A stretch of DNA of 64,000 bases from Candidatus Rokuibacteriota bacterium (GCA_005887895.1 VBPC01000173.1:3006-67005); one strand, 5' to 3'; positions 15,855 through 24,179 are shown, counted from the stretch's first letter. Numbers and translations: made by a program. Notes: generated from the letters alone by a model not told the origin.

Positions 15855-16002
15855 GGTTCGTGGGCGGCGGCGGGGGCGGGGTCCGGCGACCACGAGGTAG
15901 GCGGCGATGGTTGGGATGCGTGATTCCCTCGTGCCGGGTGGCTCCGTAAGCGGTTGCGGGAAACGGGTCGGCGGACCCCGCCCCCGCCGCCGCCCACGAA
16001 CC
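15855..16002. repeat. 36-nt inverted repeat (35/36 match) with a 76-nt spacer, forming a large potential stem-loop between the USP/PCP_red gene and the radical-SAM gene
   Basis: Arm 1 at 15855-15890 is ggttcgtgggcggcggcgggggcggggtccggcgac. Arm 2 at 15967-16002 is gtcggcggaccccgcccccgccgccgcccacgaacc, the reverse complement with one G/C mismatch. The loop contains a nested cacgagg / cctcgtg inverted pair. Confidence 0.85.
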
Positions 16003-16037
16003 TCCGCGCTCGCACATCTCTCCTTCGGAAGGATCCC

Positions 16038-17465
16038 GTGAGCTCGCCGGCCTCGCCTCAGGCGTCGCCGCCGGCGGCGATGTACACGGCGTATTCGGTG
16101 TCGTGGAACCTCACGCAGCGGTGCAATTTGGAGTGTGCGCATTGTTATATGTCGGCGCACGCGGGGGCCGACTCGCGGGGTGAGCTTTCGACCGACGAGT
16201 GCCGGCGCGTGATCGATGAGATTGCGCGGGTCAATCCGAACGTGTTCTTGATCCTGACCGGCGGGGAGCCGTTGCTGCGCCGGGACATCTTCGACGTCGC
16301 GGGGTACGCGTCGGGCAAGGGGTTCACGACCGTGCTCGGGACCAACGGCGTGCTGCTGCGCGAGCCGCAGGCACGGCTGATGCGCGAGCGCGGGGTGCTC
16401 GGGGCGTCCATCAGCCTCGATTCCACCGAGCGCGTGAAGCACGATGCCTTCCGGCGGCTGCCGGGGGCGTGGGACGGCGCGGTGCGGGCGACGCGCGTGC
16501 TGACCGACGCCGGCCTCGACTTCTCGCTGCACATGTCGGTGACGGACTGGAACGTGGGCGAGGTGCCGGCGATGATCGACCTCGCGAGGGAGCTGGGCGC
16601 CAAGGTGCTCAACTTCTTCTTCCTGGTGCGGACGGGCCGCGGCCGTCGGCTGACCGACATCGATCCCGACGCCTACGAACGGATCCTCACCTATCTGGCG
16701 AAGGTCCAGGGCGCCGGCGAGGGTCCGCCGGGCTTCGTGCGCCGGATGCTCGGCCTCGACCGCCGTGCCGGGGGGCCACGACACGGCCCTCCCGACGCCG
16801 CTGCAACTCCGTTCGAGGATCCGTGGTCGACGCCGGTGGGGCGCGCCGACGGGCTGCTGATCCGCGCGAAGTGCGCGCCGCACTTCCGGCGGATCCTGTG
16901 GGAGCTCAATCCGGCCTCGCCGCTGCTGCGCAACTACGCGCACGGCTCGTGCCCGGCCGGCAAGTACTACTGCCGCATCACGCCGGAGGGCGATGTGACG
17001 CCGTGCCCCTACATGCCCGTCGCCGCCGGGAACGTGAGATCGACGGCGTTCGACGAATTGTGGCGGACGGCGTCGGTCTTCGGGGACCTGCGCGAGTCGA
17101 AGCTGGGCGGCCGCTGCGGCGCCTGCGAGTTCTCCCGCGTGTGCGGCGGCTGCCGCTGCCGGGCCTACGCGGCCTCCGGCGACTACCTCGCCGAGGATCC
17201 GGCGTGCGGCTATCAGCCGGGGGCTCACGGCGGCGTCGTGATCGAGCTGCCGGCCACGCTCACCTTCGGGCTGCCCGTCGATTACGAGCTCGCCTGGGAG
17301 TCGGAGGCGCGCGAGCGCCTCGCCGCGATCCCCTCCTTCGCGCGCGGCATGGTCGTGAAAGCCGTCGAGGCGTACGCCCGCGGCCGCGGCGACCGCGTCG
17401 TCACGCGCGAGCTGCTCGCGCAGGTGCGCGGCTCGTGGGGCGGCCGATTCCGTCCGCAGGCGTGA
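16038..17465 (+). CDS. Radical SAM enzyme with SPASM auxiliary-cluster domain (NirJ/AhbD/PqqE-like) plus a C-terminal PCP_red-like domain
   Basis: A GGAAGGA ribosome-binding site lies 5 nt before the GTG at 16038; an alternative ATG is at 16080. The radical-SAM motif is CNLECAHC (CxxxCxxC), followed by the GGEPLL and GTNGVLL blocks. The SPASM cysteines are CPAGKYYCRITPEGDVTPCPYM...CGACEFSRVCGGCRCRAYAASGDYLAEDPACGY. The tail (LAWESEARERLAAIPSFARGMVVKAVEAYARGRGDRVVTREL) is a PCP_red motif. Confidence 0.75.
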   Translation: MSSPASPQASPPAAMYTAYSVSWNLTQRCNLECAHCYMSAHAGADSRGELSTDECRRVIDEIARVNPNVFLILTGGEPLLRRDIFDVAGYASGKGFTTVLGTNGVLLREPQARLMRERGVLGASISLDSTERVKHDAFRRLPGAWDGAVRATRVLTDAGLDFSLHMSVTDWNVGEVPAMIDLARELGAKVLNFFFLVRTGRGRRLTDIDPDAYERILTYLAKVQGAGEGPPGFVRRMLGLDRRAGGPRHGPPDAAATPFEDPWSTPVGRADGLLIRAKCAPHFRRILWELNPASPLLRNYAHGSCPAGKYYCRITPEGDVTPCPYMPVAAGNVRSTAFDELWRTASVFGDLRESKLGGRCGACEFSRVCGGCRCRAYAASGDYLAEDPACGYQPGAHGGVVIELPATLTFGLPVDYELAWESEARERLAAIPSFARGMVVKAVEAYARGRGDRVVTRELLAQVRGSWGGRFRPQA

Positions 17466-17884
17466 GCGCCGACGATGGCAGGTTTCGCGCGGCCGCCCGC
17501 GGCTACCTCGTGTACGGCGTCGTCTACTGGATCGGCGGCGCCTGGCTCTGGCTGCACGACGTCGGCCGGGGCTCGGCGGCCAGCGTCGGCTGGATCCTCC
17601 TCGGCGCCGTGCTCGTCGTCCTGGTGCCGTACCTGTTGCGCCGCCGCCGGCGCGCGTTCGAGCGCTACGTGCTCAGCCGGCGCGACTTCGCCCGCATCGT
17701 CGCGCTGTTGCTGGCCGTGCGCGTCCTGGCGGTCGCCCGCGTCGTGTTCCGCGCGGGTAGCGCGACGGTGGCGGCGCCGTGGGGCGGCGTCGTGAGCTAC
17801 CGTGTCGGCGGGGCCGTGTTCATCGTCGTCACGCTGACGGCGCTGGCCCTCGTGGCGCGGGCCGCCTGGGCCCGGGAGCCATGA
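17462..17884 (+). CDS. Hypothetical membrane protein (about 140 aa, 3-4 TM helices)
   Basis: The GTG overlaps the upstream stop (GTGA). Hydrophobic helices include YLVYGVVYWIGGAWLWL and WILLGAVLVVLVPYLL. It lies in the operon between the radical-SAM and Mrp genes. Confidence 0.45.
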   Translation: MSADDGRFRAAARGYLVYGVVYWIGGAWLWLHDVGRGSAASVGWILLGAVLVVLVPYLLRRRRRAFERYVLSRRDFARIVALLLAVRVLAVARVVFRAGSATVAAPWGGVVSYRVGGAVFIVVTLTALALVARAAWAREP

Positions 17885-17885
17885 G

Positions 17886-18746
17886 GTGAAGCGCTATCGG
17901 GACATCGCGGGCGACGGCGGCTCGGACATCGTCGGCCAGGTCGAGGCGCAACAGCAGCGTCTGGCCGCGCGCCTGCGCGACGTGCACGCCATCGTCGCGG
18001 TCGTGTCCGGCAAGGGCGGGGTCGGGAAGTCGTCGGTGACGGCGAACCTCGCCGGCGCCTTCGCCCGGACCGGCGCGCGCGTGGGCGTCCTCGACGCCGA
18101 CCTCAACGGTCCCAGCATGGCGACGATGCTCGGCGTCCGCGGGCGCACGCTGGTGGTGGGCGCGGCCGGCGTCGAGCCGCCGCTCGGCGCGCTCGGCATC
18201 CGCGTGATGTCGATGGACCTGCTGCTGGCCGACGATGCCACCCCGCTGACGTGGCAGGCGCCCACCCAGGCCGAGGCGTACACGTGGCGCGGCGCCATGG
18301 AGGCCAACGCGCTCCGGGAGTTCCTGGCCGACACGGCGTGGGGGGCGCTCGACGTGCTCTTCATCGACCTGCCGCCCGGGAGCGATCGTCTCGCCACGGT
18401 CGTCGGCCTGTTGCCCGCCCTGGCCGGTACCGTCGTCGTGACGATTCCCTCCGACGTCTCCCGCCTCGTCGTCCGCAAGTCGATCACCGTGGCCCAGGGC
18501 CTGAAGGCGCCCGTGCTGGGCGTGATCGACAACATGGCGGGAATGTTCCCCGGTCCCGGCGGCGAGGCACTGGCGCGCGAGGCGGGCGTGCCGTTCCTCG
18601 GATCGGTGCCGTTCGACCCCGCGCTGGCCGAGGCGGCCGACCGCGGGGAGCCGTACGTGGCGGTCGCGCCCGCCGCGCCCGCCGCGCGTGCCTTCACGGC
18701 CATCGCCGCCCGCCTCGGCCAGGCGCTCCTCGGCCCGCGCTCGTGA
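17886..18746 (+). CDS. Mrp/NBP35/ApbC-family P-loop ATPase (Fe-S cluster carrier)
   Basis: The deviant Walker A motif is VVSGKGGVGKSSVTANLA, with LDADLNGPS, DLPPGSD and IDNMAG blocks. The GTG start overlaps the upstream stop. Confidence 0.8.
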   Translation: MKRYRDIAGDGGSDIVGQVEAQQQRLAARLRDVHAIVAVVSGKGGVGKSSVTANLAGAFARTGARVGVLDADLNGPSMATMLGVRGRTLVVGAAGVEPPLGALGIRVMSMDLLLADDATPLTWQAPTQAEAYTWRGAMEANALREFLADTAWGALDVLFIDLPPGSDRLATVVGLLPALAGTVVVTIPSDVSRLVVRKSITVAQGLKAPVLGVIDNMAGMFPGPGGEALAREAGVPFLGSVPFDPALAEAADRGEPYVAVAPAAPAARAFTAIAARLGQALLGPRS

Positions 18747-19249
18747 CCGCGCGCTACTGTCTCGCTTGCGGCGCCCCGCTGGCGACGGTGAGCGAGGGCG
18801 GCCGCCGGCGCCGCCGCTGTCGGCGTTGCGGCTGGACGTTCTACGCGAACCCGGTTCCCGCCGCGGTCGCGGTGATCGTCGTCGGCGGCCGGGTCCTTCT
18901 CGGGCGTCGCGCGCGGCCGCCCTACGCGGGCACCTGGGACCTGCCGGGCGGTTTCCTCGAAGCTGGCGAGGCGCCCGAGAGAGGGCTGCGGCGCGAGCTT
19001 CGTGAGGAGATCGGCGTCGGCGTGCGCCGCGCCTCGTTGATCGGCTTCGCCACCGACCGCTACGGTCCGCGCGGCTTCGCCGTCCTCGCCATCGTCTACC
19101 GCGTGGTCCCGACCTCGAAACGCATTCGGGCCGCCGACGACGTCTCGGAGGCCCGCTGGTTCAACATCGCCGCGCCGCCCTTCAGCGAGATCGCCTTCCC
19201 GGGCCTGCGCCGCCTCCTCCGCCGCTATCTGGAGTCCCCCCACCGCTGA
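18743..19249 (+). CDS. NUDIX hydrolase with an N-terminal zinc ribbon
   Basis: The zinc ribbon is CLACGAP...CRRCGW. The Nudix box is GGFLEAGEAPERGLRRELREEIGV. The GTG start overlaps the Mrp stop. Confidence 0.75.
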   Translation: MTARYCLACGAPLATVSEGGRRRRRCRRCGWTFYANPVPAAVAVIVVGGRVLLGRRARPPYAGTWDLPGGFLEAGEAPERGLRRELREEIGVGVRRASLIGFATDRYGPRGFAVLAIVYRVVPTSKRIRAADDVSEARWFNIAAPPFSEIAFPGLRRLLRRYLESPHR

Positions 19250-19266
19250 GACACGTCGACATCCGA

Positions 19267-19285
19267 GCGGCGGCTTTGCCGCCGC
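19267..19285 (+). terminator. GC hairpin downstream of the NUDIX gene (gcggcggc-ttt-gccgccgc), candidate intrinsic terminator
   Basis: It is a perfect 8-bp stem with a 3-nt loop followed by aatcgatgttctgg. There is no clean U-tract, which is normal at this GC content. Confidence 0.3.
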
Positions 19286-19345
19286 AATCGATGTTCTGGG
19301 GGGAGGCAGCGCGAGCGCGAGCCGTCAGGCTCGCGCCGCGCGTCG

Positions 19346-19368
19346 GAAGGGGGGCGAAGCCCCCCTCC
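19346..19368. terminator. GC hairpin (ggggggc-gaa-gcccccc) between convergent genes, candidate bidirectional terminator
   Basis: It is a 7-bp perfect stem with a GAA loop and extending gga/tcc pairs. It lies 8 nt beyond the stop of the minus-strand gene at 19377. Confidence 0.3.
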
Positions 19369-19376
19369 GAGGCGAG

Positions 19377-20111
19377 CTAGGGACAGGAGACGCCGGGCGC
19401 GAGCTGGTAGTTGCTCACCTTGTAGGTCGCGACGAAATCGTCGTCCCACGACGTCAGGCGCAGCGGGCCGACCGCCGTCTCGCCGTCCCAGCCGAGCACG
19501 CGCGCGCGGGCCGCGAGCTCGCGGGCGGGGAGCCGGCCGGCGAGGTAGTCGCCGGCGGTGGCCCGGTCCATGAACACCGCGATGGTCTCGTGCACCGGGC
19601 GGCCCGACGGCGTCGCCGCGGCCTGCTTGAGCCACTCCAGGATGACGGTGAAGCCGTCGAGCGACGGGTCGGCCATCAGCCCGGGGGCCTCGCTCATGCG
19701 GCGAACCATCGGCCCGACGTAGCGGGAGAACATCCGCGACGCACGTTCCTCGATCGTGTAGGCGGCGAATTCCGGCGAGGGCTGCTGGTCGATGTAGAGG
19801 TTGATCGACAGGTAGCGGAGGTCGCCGTCGAGATGCTTCGGCTTGTAGAAGCCGATGCCGTTGCGCTTCACCTCGACCCACGGCATGCAGTGGTACACCT
19901 TGGCACTCAGATCGTGGAGGGCCGGCGCGTACCGGGCGGCGAGGCGCTTGCCCTTCTCGGAGGTGTGCTGCTCGGGCGGCAGGACGCTGTCGTCGGCGGG
20001 GGCGGCCAGGGTCGGGCCCGGCGCCGCCATGGCGAGCGTGACGAGGACGACCGCGGCCAATCCGCGGCGGAACGTCTGGGCAATCCGGTGGGCAGGTCGT
20101 GAAATGTCCAT
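19377..20111 (-). CDS. Hypothetical secreted protein (signal peptide; no recognised domain)
   Basis: The start MDISRPAHRIAQTFRRGLAAVVLVTLAMAAPGPTLAAPA is chosen for its signal-like N-terminus. The codon usage is good. Confidence 0.5.
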   Translation of the reverse strand: MDISRPAHRIAQTFRRGLAAVVLVTLAMAAPGPTLAAPADDSVLPPEQHTSEKGKRLAARYAPALHDLSAKVYHCMPWVEVKRNGIGFYKPKHLDGDLRYLSINLYIDQQPSPEFAAYTIEERASRMFSRYVGPMVRRMSEAPGLMADPSLDGFTVILEWLKQAAATPSGRPVHETIAVFMDRATAGDYLAGRLPARELAARARVLGWDGETAVGPLRLTSWDDDFVATYKVSNYQLAPGVSCP

Positions 20112-20194
20112 ATTCGCCCCTCTAAGCACAGCCAGTGCCATGCTGCGCTCTGTCTGTGATATTCGCCGCTTGGACAGCAGAGGGGGGCAGGGTC

Positions 20195-20226
20195 GGCGCC
20201 CGGATGACACGCCGGGCGCCGACTCT
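20195..20226 (-). terminator. 12-bp perfect-stem hairpin (gtcggcgcccgg-atgacacg-ccgggcgccgac) just 3' of the minus-strand lipoprotein gene
   Basis: The palindrome is read directly from the sequence. It lies about 10 nt beyond the stop codon at 20239 and has no U-tract. Confidence 0.3.
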
Positions 20227-20238
20227 GTCACACCGATG

Positions 20239-20496
20239 TCAGCGCTCCAGGATGGCCTCCTGGCCGACGGTGATGGGCTTGCCCCACCAGCCCTGATCAC
20301 GGGCCAGGGCGATGTCCTGACGCGTCACGCGGGGGGTGCCGCCTTCCTTGTTCCGGGTCGAGAAAAAGAAATGGTCCCCGGAGGCGAAGTGGGTGGGGTG
20401 CTCCTTCCACGTCGCCCATTCGTCACTCGTCGCGCAGCCCGCGAGCACGAGCAGCACGCTTGCCCCAAGCAGGAATTTCCAGTGGTCGATGCGCAT
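20239..20496 (-). CDS. Small lipoprotein (about 85 aa)
   Basis: The sequence MRIDHWKFLLGASVLLVLAGCATSDEW... contains an LAGC lipobox. Confidence 0.5.
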   Translation of the reverse strand: MRIDHWKFLLGASVLLVLAGCATSDEWATWKEHPTHFASGDHFFFSTRNKEGGTPRVTRQDIALARDQGWWGKPITVGQEAILER

Positions 20497-20641
20497 AGCG
20501 GTCATCCTCCAGAAGAGGGTCGTCTTTGCCCCCGATCCATCGCTGCCGAACCGGTGCAGCCACATGCTACCTGCGGCTCCGCGGTCTTTCAACCGTGGTA
20601 GACTCCGATGAAATCGGGCACGCGGAGATCGCACCACGCCA

Positions 20642-21523
20642 ATGAACCCGCTCACGATCCATGCGCAGCCGCAAGGCCTGCGCCGCCCGGTGCTGATCAC
20701 GGCCTTCAGCGGCTGGAACGACGCGGCCGAGGCGGCCACCACCGCCGCGCGCTACCTGGCCACCACGTTCCACGCGGAGAAATTCGCCGAGATCGACCCC
20801 GAGGAGTTCTATCACTTCGGGCTCACCCGGCCGTACGTGCGGTTCAAGGCGGGGTCCGAGACCGAGCGTGAGATCGTGTGGCCGGCCACCGAGTTCTCGG
20901 TGGCACGCGCGCCCGAGCTGTCGCGCGACCTCGTCATCGCCGTGGCCGGCGAGCCGCATCTCAAGTGGCGGACCTACTGCGCGAGCGTGCTCGAGCTGGC
21001 CCAGCGCTGCGAGGTGACGCTCGTGCTCACGCTCGGCGCGCTGCTGGCGGAGGTGCCGCACACGCGCCCGGTGCGCGTGGCGGGCGGCGCCTCTGATCCC
21101 GAGCTGGCCGCGCAGCTCGGCGTGCGGCCGACGCGCTACGAGGGCCCGACCGGCATCGTCGGCGTGCTCAACACCGTCTGCCGCGAGCAGGGCCTGGCGA
21201 CGGCCAGCGTGTGGGCGAACGTCCCGCACTACATCTCCGGCATCGAGAATCCGAAGGCCGCGCTCGCCCTCGTGCAGCGCGTGCTCACGCTGCTCAACGT
21301 CGAGGCTGACCTCACCGATCTCGAGGACGCCACCCGGCAATTCGAGCAGAACCTCGCCGAGATCGTCGCGCAGAACGCCAAGATCAAGGCCTACGTCGCC
21401 AAGCTCGAATCACGCGATGCCGCCGAGGCGGCCGAGGCCGAGCCGGCCGGTAGCGACCTGCCGCCGGCCTCCGAGCTCGTCGAGGAGATCGAGCAGTTCC
21501 TGCGGCAGCAACGTCCGGAGTGA
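20642..21523 (+). CDS. PAC2-family protein (proteasome-assembly-chaperone-like / ATP-grasp-like)
   Basis: The sequence LRRPVLITAFSGWNDAAEAATTAARYL...YEGPTGIVGVLNTVC is the PAC2-family pattern. Confidence 0.6.
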   Translation: MNPLTIHAQPQGLRRPVLITAFSGWNDAAEAATTAARYLATTFHAEKFAEIDPEEFYHFGLTRPYVRFKAGSETEREIVWPATEFSVARAPELSRDLVIAVAGEPHLKWRTYCASVLELAQRCEVTLVLTLGALLAEVPHTRPVRVAGGASDPELAAQLGVRPTRYEGPTGIVGVLNTVCREQGLATASVWANVPHYISGIENPKAALALVQRVLTLLNVEADLTDLEDATRQFEQNLAEIVAQNAKIKAYVAKLESRDAAEAAEAEPAGSDLPPASELVEEIEQFLRQQRPE

Positions 21524-22401
21524 CGCGCGGAGCACGTTTCACCGCGGCGGCCGTCGCCGCCCTGCTCCTCGCCGCTCCGGTCGCCGCGCCCGCCACCGAA
21601 CGCCTTCGCGTCAGCTGGCACCCCAAGCGTCCGCACCCGGGCGACGTCGCCTGGGTGCACGTCGCCGGCGCCGGCGAGGCCGCCGCGATCGAGGGGTCTC
21701 TCGGGCCGCGCTCGCTCACGTTCTTTCCCTACGCGGGGGGCCAGGCCGCCGTGGTCGGGATCGATCTCGAGACGAAGCCGGGCGCCCTGCCCTGGCGGCT
21801 GGCCGTGCTCGAGTCGGGCCTCGAGCCGCATAGCCTCGGTGGCCGCCTCACCGTCCACGAGCGTGCCTTCGCCGTCCAGCGCCTCACGCTGCCCCCTGGA
21901 ATGGTCGACCCGGATCCGGAGACGGAGCGGCGGGCGATGGCCGAAGGCGAGCGGCTGGCGACCCTGTACCGGACGATCACGCCGGCGCGGTTGTGGCGCG
22001 GTGGGTTCGTCCGCCCCGTGGCCGGCCGCGAGCCCGCCACGGGCTTCGGCGCGCGGCGGGTCATCAACGGCCAGCCACGCTCACCGCACAGCGGTGCCGA
22101 CTACGCCGCGCCGCGTGGCACGCCGGTGGTGGCCGTCAACAGCGGCCGCGTGGCCCTCGTGGGCGACTTCTTCTTCCCGGGCCGGCTGGTCGCACTGGAC
22201 CACGGCCTCGGCGTCTACACCCTCTACTTCCACCTCGATTCCGTCGCGGTCGTCGACGGCGAGATGGTCGAGCGCGGTCAGGTCCTGGGCACGGTCGGCT
22301 CCACCGGACGGGCGACCGGACCACACCTGCACTTCGGCGCAGTCGTCGGCACCGCTCGCGTGGACCCCGCGGCCCTGCTGAAGCTCGATCTGCGCGAGTA
22401 G
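21520..22401 (+). CDS. M23-family metallopeptidase (secreted)
   Basis: A signal peptide is followed by HSGADYAAPRGTPVVAVNSGRV and GSTGRATGPHLHFGAVV (the HxxxD and HxH motifs). Confidence 0.8.
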   Translation: MTRGARFTAAAVAALLLAAPVAAPATERLRVSWHPKRPHPGDVAWVHVAGAGEAAAIEGSLGPRSLTFFPYAGGQAAVVGIDLETKPGALPWRLAVLESGLEPHSLGGRLTVHERAFAVQRLTLPPGMVDPDPETERRAMAEGERLATLYRTITPARLWRGGFVRPVAGREPATGFGARRVINGQPRSPHSGADYAAPRGTPVVAVNSGRVALVGDFFFPGRLVALDHGLGVYTLYFHLDSVAVVDGEMVERGQVLGTVGSTGRATGPHLHFGAVVGTARVDPAALLKLDLRE

Positions 22402-22491
22402 GGGACTCGACCGCCGGTTGGAGATGGGGGCTCCGGGATGGCCCCCAACCCCCGAGGACGGCTCGGAGCGCCGCGGGGCGCTCCTCGAGCG

Positions 22492-22725
22492 TCAGCGCCG
22501 GCGGGCCCCCTTCCGCTTGCCGCCCGCGCGCGCCTTCGCCCGCTTCTTGCCACCCCGGCTCTTCGTCCGGCTCTTGCCGCGGGCCTTGGCCGAGCCAGTG
22601 CGCTTGGCCTTCGCCTTCCGCTTCGGCTTGGCCGTGGCGCGACGCTTCGCCGGCGACGGCGTGGAGTCCATACCCATCGGGTCGGACGGCATCTGCGAGC
22701 TCATCCCTTCCATCGGTCGTTCCAT
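22492..22725 (-). CDS. Lys/Arg/Ala-rich basic protein (histone H1-like / Hc1-like low-complexity tail)
   Basis: The C-terminal two-thirds reads PAKRRATAKPKRKAKAKRTGSAKARGKSRTKSRGGKKRAKARAGGKRKGARRR. The start is uncertain (MERPMEG at 22725, or later Met codons). Confidence 0.4.
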   Translation of the reverse strand: MERPMEGMSSQMPSDPMGMDSTPSPAKRRATAKPKRKAKAKRTGSAKARGKSRTKSRGGKKRAKARAGGKRKGARRR

Positions 22726-22762
22726 CGTCTCCTCCGCGGGGGCGCTCGACGTGTCTGCTGCC

Positions 22763-23833
22763 TTACGGTGCACGCGGCGCGCGAGCGGCGCAAGAGGGAT
22801 TTTCGATGCGCGCCACGATCCGCGCGCGGCGGCGCGCCGCGGTGCCCGCCAGCGCCTGATTCGACCACGCGGCGAGCGTCGTGCGCGCGAGGATGGCGCG
22901 GACCGCCGCGCGCGACACCTTCACCGGCGGCGCCGCTGCCAGCGGATTGGGGTGGGCGGCCAGCATCTCCAGCGTCGCCTGGCCGATCACCAGCGGCCAC
23001 GCGCAGGCCAGGCGCATGCGCCATTCGCGCCGCGGGACGGCCAGCGTATAGCGCCAGGCGGCGTCGTAATGGCCGAGCGCCACGTCGAGCAAGCGGTCGA
23101 GCAGGGGGCGGGCCCGCGCGGCGCCGGCCGGCTCGAGCAGGTCGGCGGGGCCCAGGCCCAGCACCGCCAGCTCGCGGGCCGGCAGGTAGCAGCGTCCATG
23201 GGCGAGGTCGGCGGGCACGTCGCGCAGCACGTTGGTGTACTGCAGCGCCTTGCCGAAGCGCACGCCCATCGCCCGCATCGTCGTCGGCTCCCAGCACGCC
23301 AGGCGCGGACGGTGAGCCATGTGGACGTCGGTCCAGAACTCGCCGACGCAGCCGGCCACCAGGTACGTGTAGCGGTCGAGCTCCTCCAGCGTGGCGAGTG
23401 CCGCCAGACCGCCGGCGTCGTCGCCGGGAAAGCGGCCGAGGTCGAATAGCATCCCATCGGTCAGCGTCGTCAACACGGAGCGCACGCGCTCGCGGTCCGC
23501 GTCCGGCAGCCGGGCGAGACGCGCGAGGACCGCGTCGAGGCGCTCGAGCAGGCGCCGCTCGGCGACCTGCGTCTGGTGTGGCCCGCAGGCGCGGGCCACG
23601 GCGGCGACGTCGCCCGGCTCGCCGGCATAGCGCCGCCGCAGCGTCTCCAGATGGCGGATGCGCTCCGGCCGGGCGATCAGTCGCGTGTCGGCGACGGTGT
23701 CGGCGGCCCGGGCCAGCAGGTAGCCGAGCCCGAGCGGCTCACGGAGCGGAGCGGGCAGGATGGCGAGCGAGAGATAGAAGCTTCGGCTGACCTGCCGGAG
23801 CAGGTCCCCGAGGAGCTCGTCACTCGTAGTCAA
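22763..23833 (-). CDS. Squalene/phytoene synthase family protein (HpnC/HpnD-like)
   Basis: The family blocks are VSRSFYLSLAILP, YLVAGCVGEFWTDV and ALQYTNVLRDVPADLAHGRCYLP, the last being the second Asp-rich and flap region. Confidence 0.7.
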   Translation of the reverse strand: MTTSDELLGDLLRQVSRSFYLSLAILPAPLREPLGLGYLLARAADTVADTRLIARPERIRHLETLRRRYAGEPGDVAAVARACGPHQTQVAERRLLERLDAVLARLARLPDADRERVRSVLTTLTDGMLFDLGRFPGDDAGGLAALATLEELDRYTYLVAGCVGEFWTDVHMAHRPRLACWEPTTMRAMGVRFGKALQYTNVLRDVPADLAHGRCYLPARELAVLGLGPADLLEPAGAARARPLLDRLLDVALGHYDAAWRYTLAVPRREWRMRLACAWPLVIGQATLEMLAAHPNPLAAAPPVKVSRAAVRAILARTTLAAWSNQALAGTAARRRARIVARIENPSCAARAPRAP

Positions 23834-24122
23834 ACGGACGCTTGGGCGGGTCCGGCGAGTCCTTGGCCTTCTTGAGGCCTTCCTGGAACTTGCGGTCGAG
23901 CACCTTGCCCTTCTGCGACTCGGCCTGCATCTGGTCGCGGAAGCGCTGCTCCCGCTCGGCCGACTTGCTGCGCAGCACGTCGAATGCGGCGCCGAGGTCG
24001 TCGACCGTGCGCTTCGGGGGCGGAGGTTCGTGCGCCACCACGGCGGCCAGATCCGGGTCGATGGTCAGCTTGGCCTGGCAGCACGGACACGCGACGACGA
24101 TCGACTTGGGCGGGGCCGACAT
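23820..24122 (-). CDS. Small CPCC zinc-ribbon protein with a charged C-terminal tail
   Basis: The N-terminus is MSAPPKSIVVACPCCQAKLTIDPD, followed by a K/E/R-rich tail. It overlaps the downstream gene by 14 nt. Confidence 0.4.
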   Translation of the reverse strand: MSAPPKSIVVACPCCQAKLTIDPDLAAVVAHEPPPPKRTVDDLGAAFDVLRSKSAEREQRFRDQMQAESQKGKVLDRKFQEGLKKAKDSPDPPKRPFDYE

Positions 24123-24179
24123 GGCGCCACGCTAGCAAGCGCATCGGAAAGGGTCAAGAGCAGGCTAGAATCGGCGTCG

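Noticed and set aside
12382-16017. A 1211-aa minus-strand ORF, the longest in the track, with further long antisense ORFs at 931-2529, 5763-7022, 7614-8924, 15426-17228, 47422-49104 and 49549-51573 on the minus strand, and 22438-23790 and 28242-30035 on the plus strand
   Set aside because: Each lies antisense to, or out of frame with, several well-supported genes with clear family motifs. Their translations are Arg/Gly/Ala/Asp/His-rich low-complexity strings with no motifs. Long spurious ORFs are expected at about 70% GC because stop codons are AT-rich.
15954-16080. An upstream TTG at 15954 as the start of the radical-SAM gene, giving an N-terminal RRTPPPPPPTNLRA extension
   Set aside because: The extension is encoded by the right arm of the 36-nt inverted repeat and is a Pro homopolymer. 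A strong GGAAGGA ribosome-binding site precedes the GTG at 16038, and the conserved radical-SAM core begins just after the ATG at 16080.
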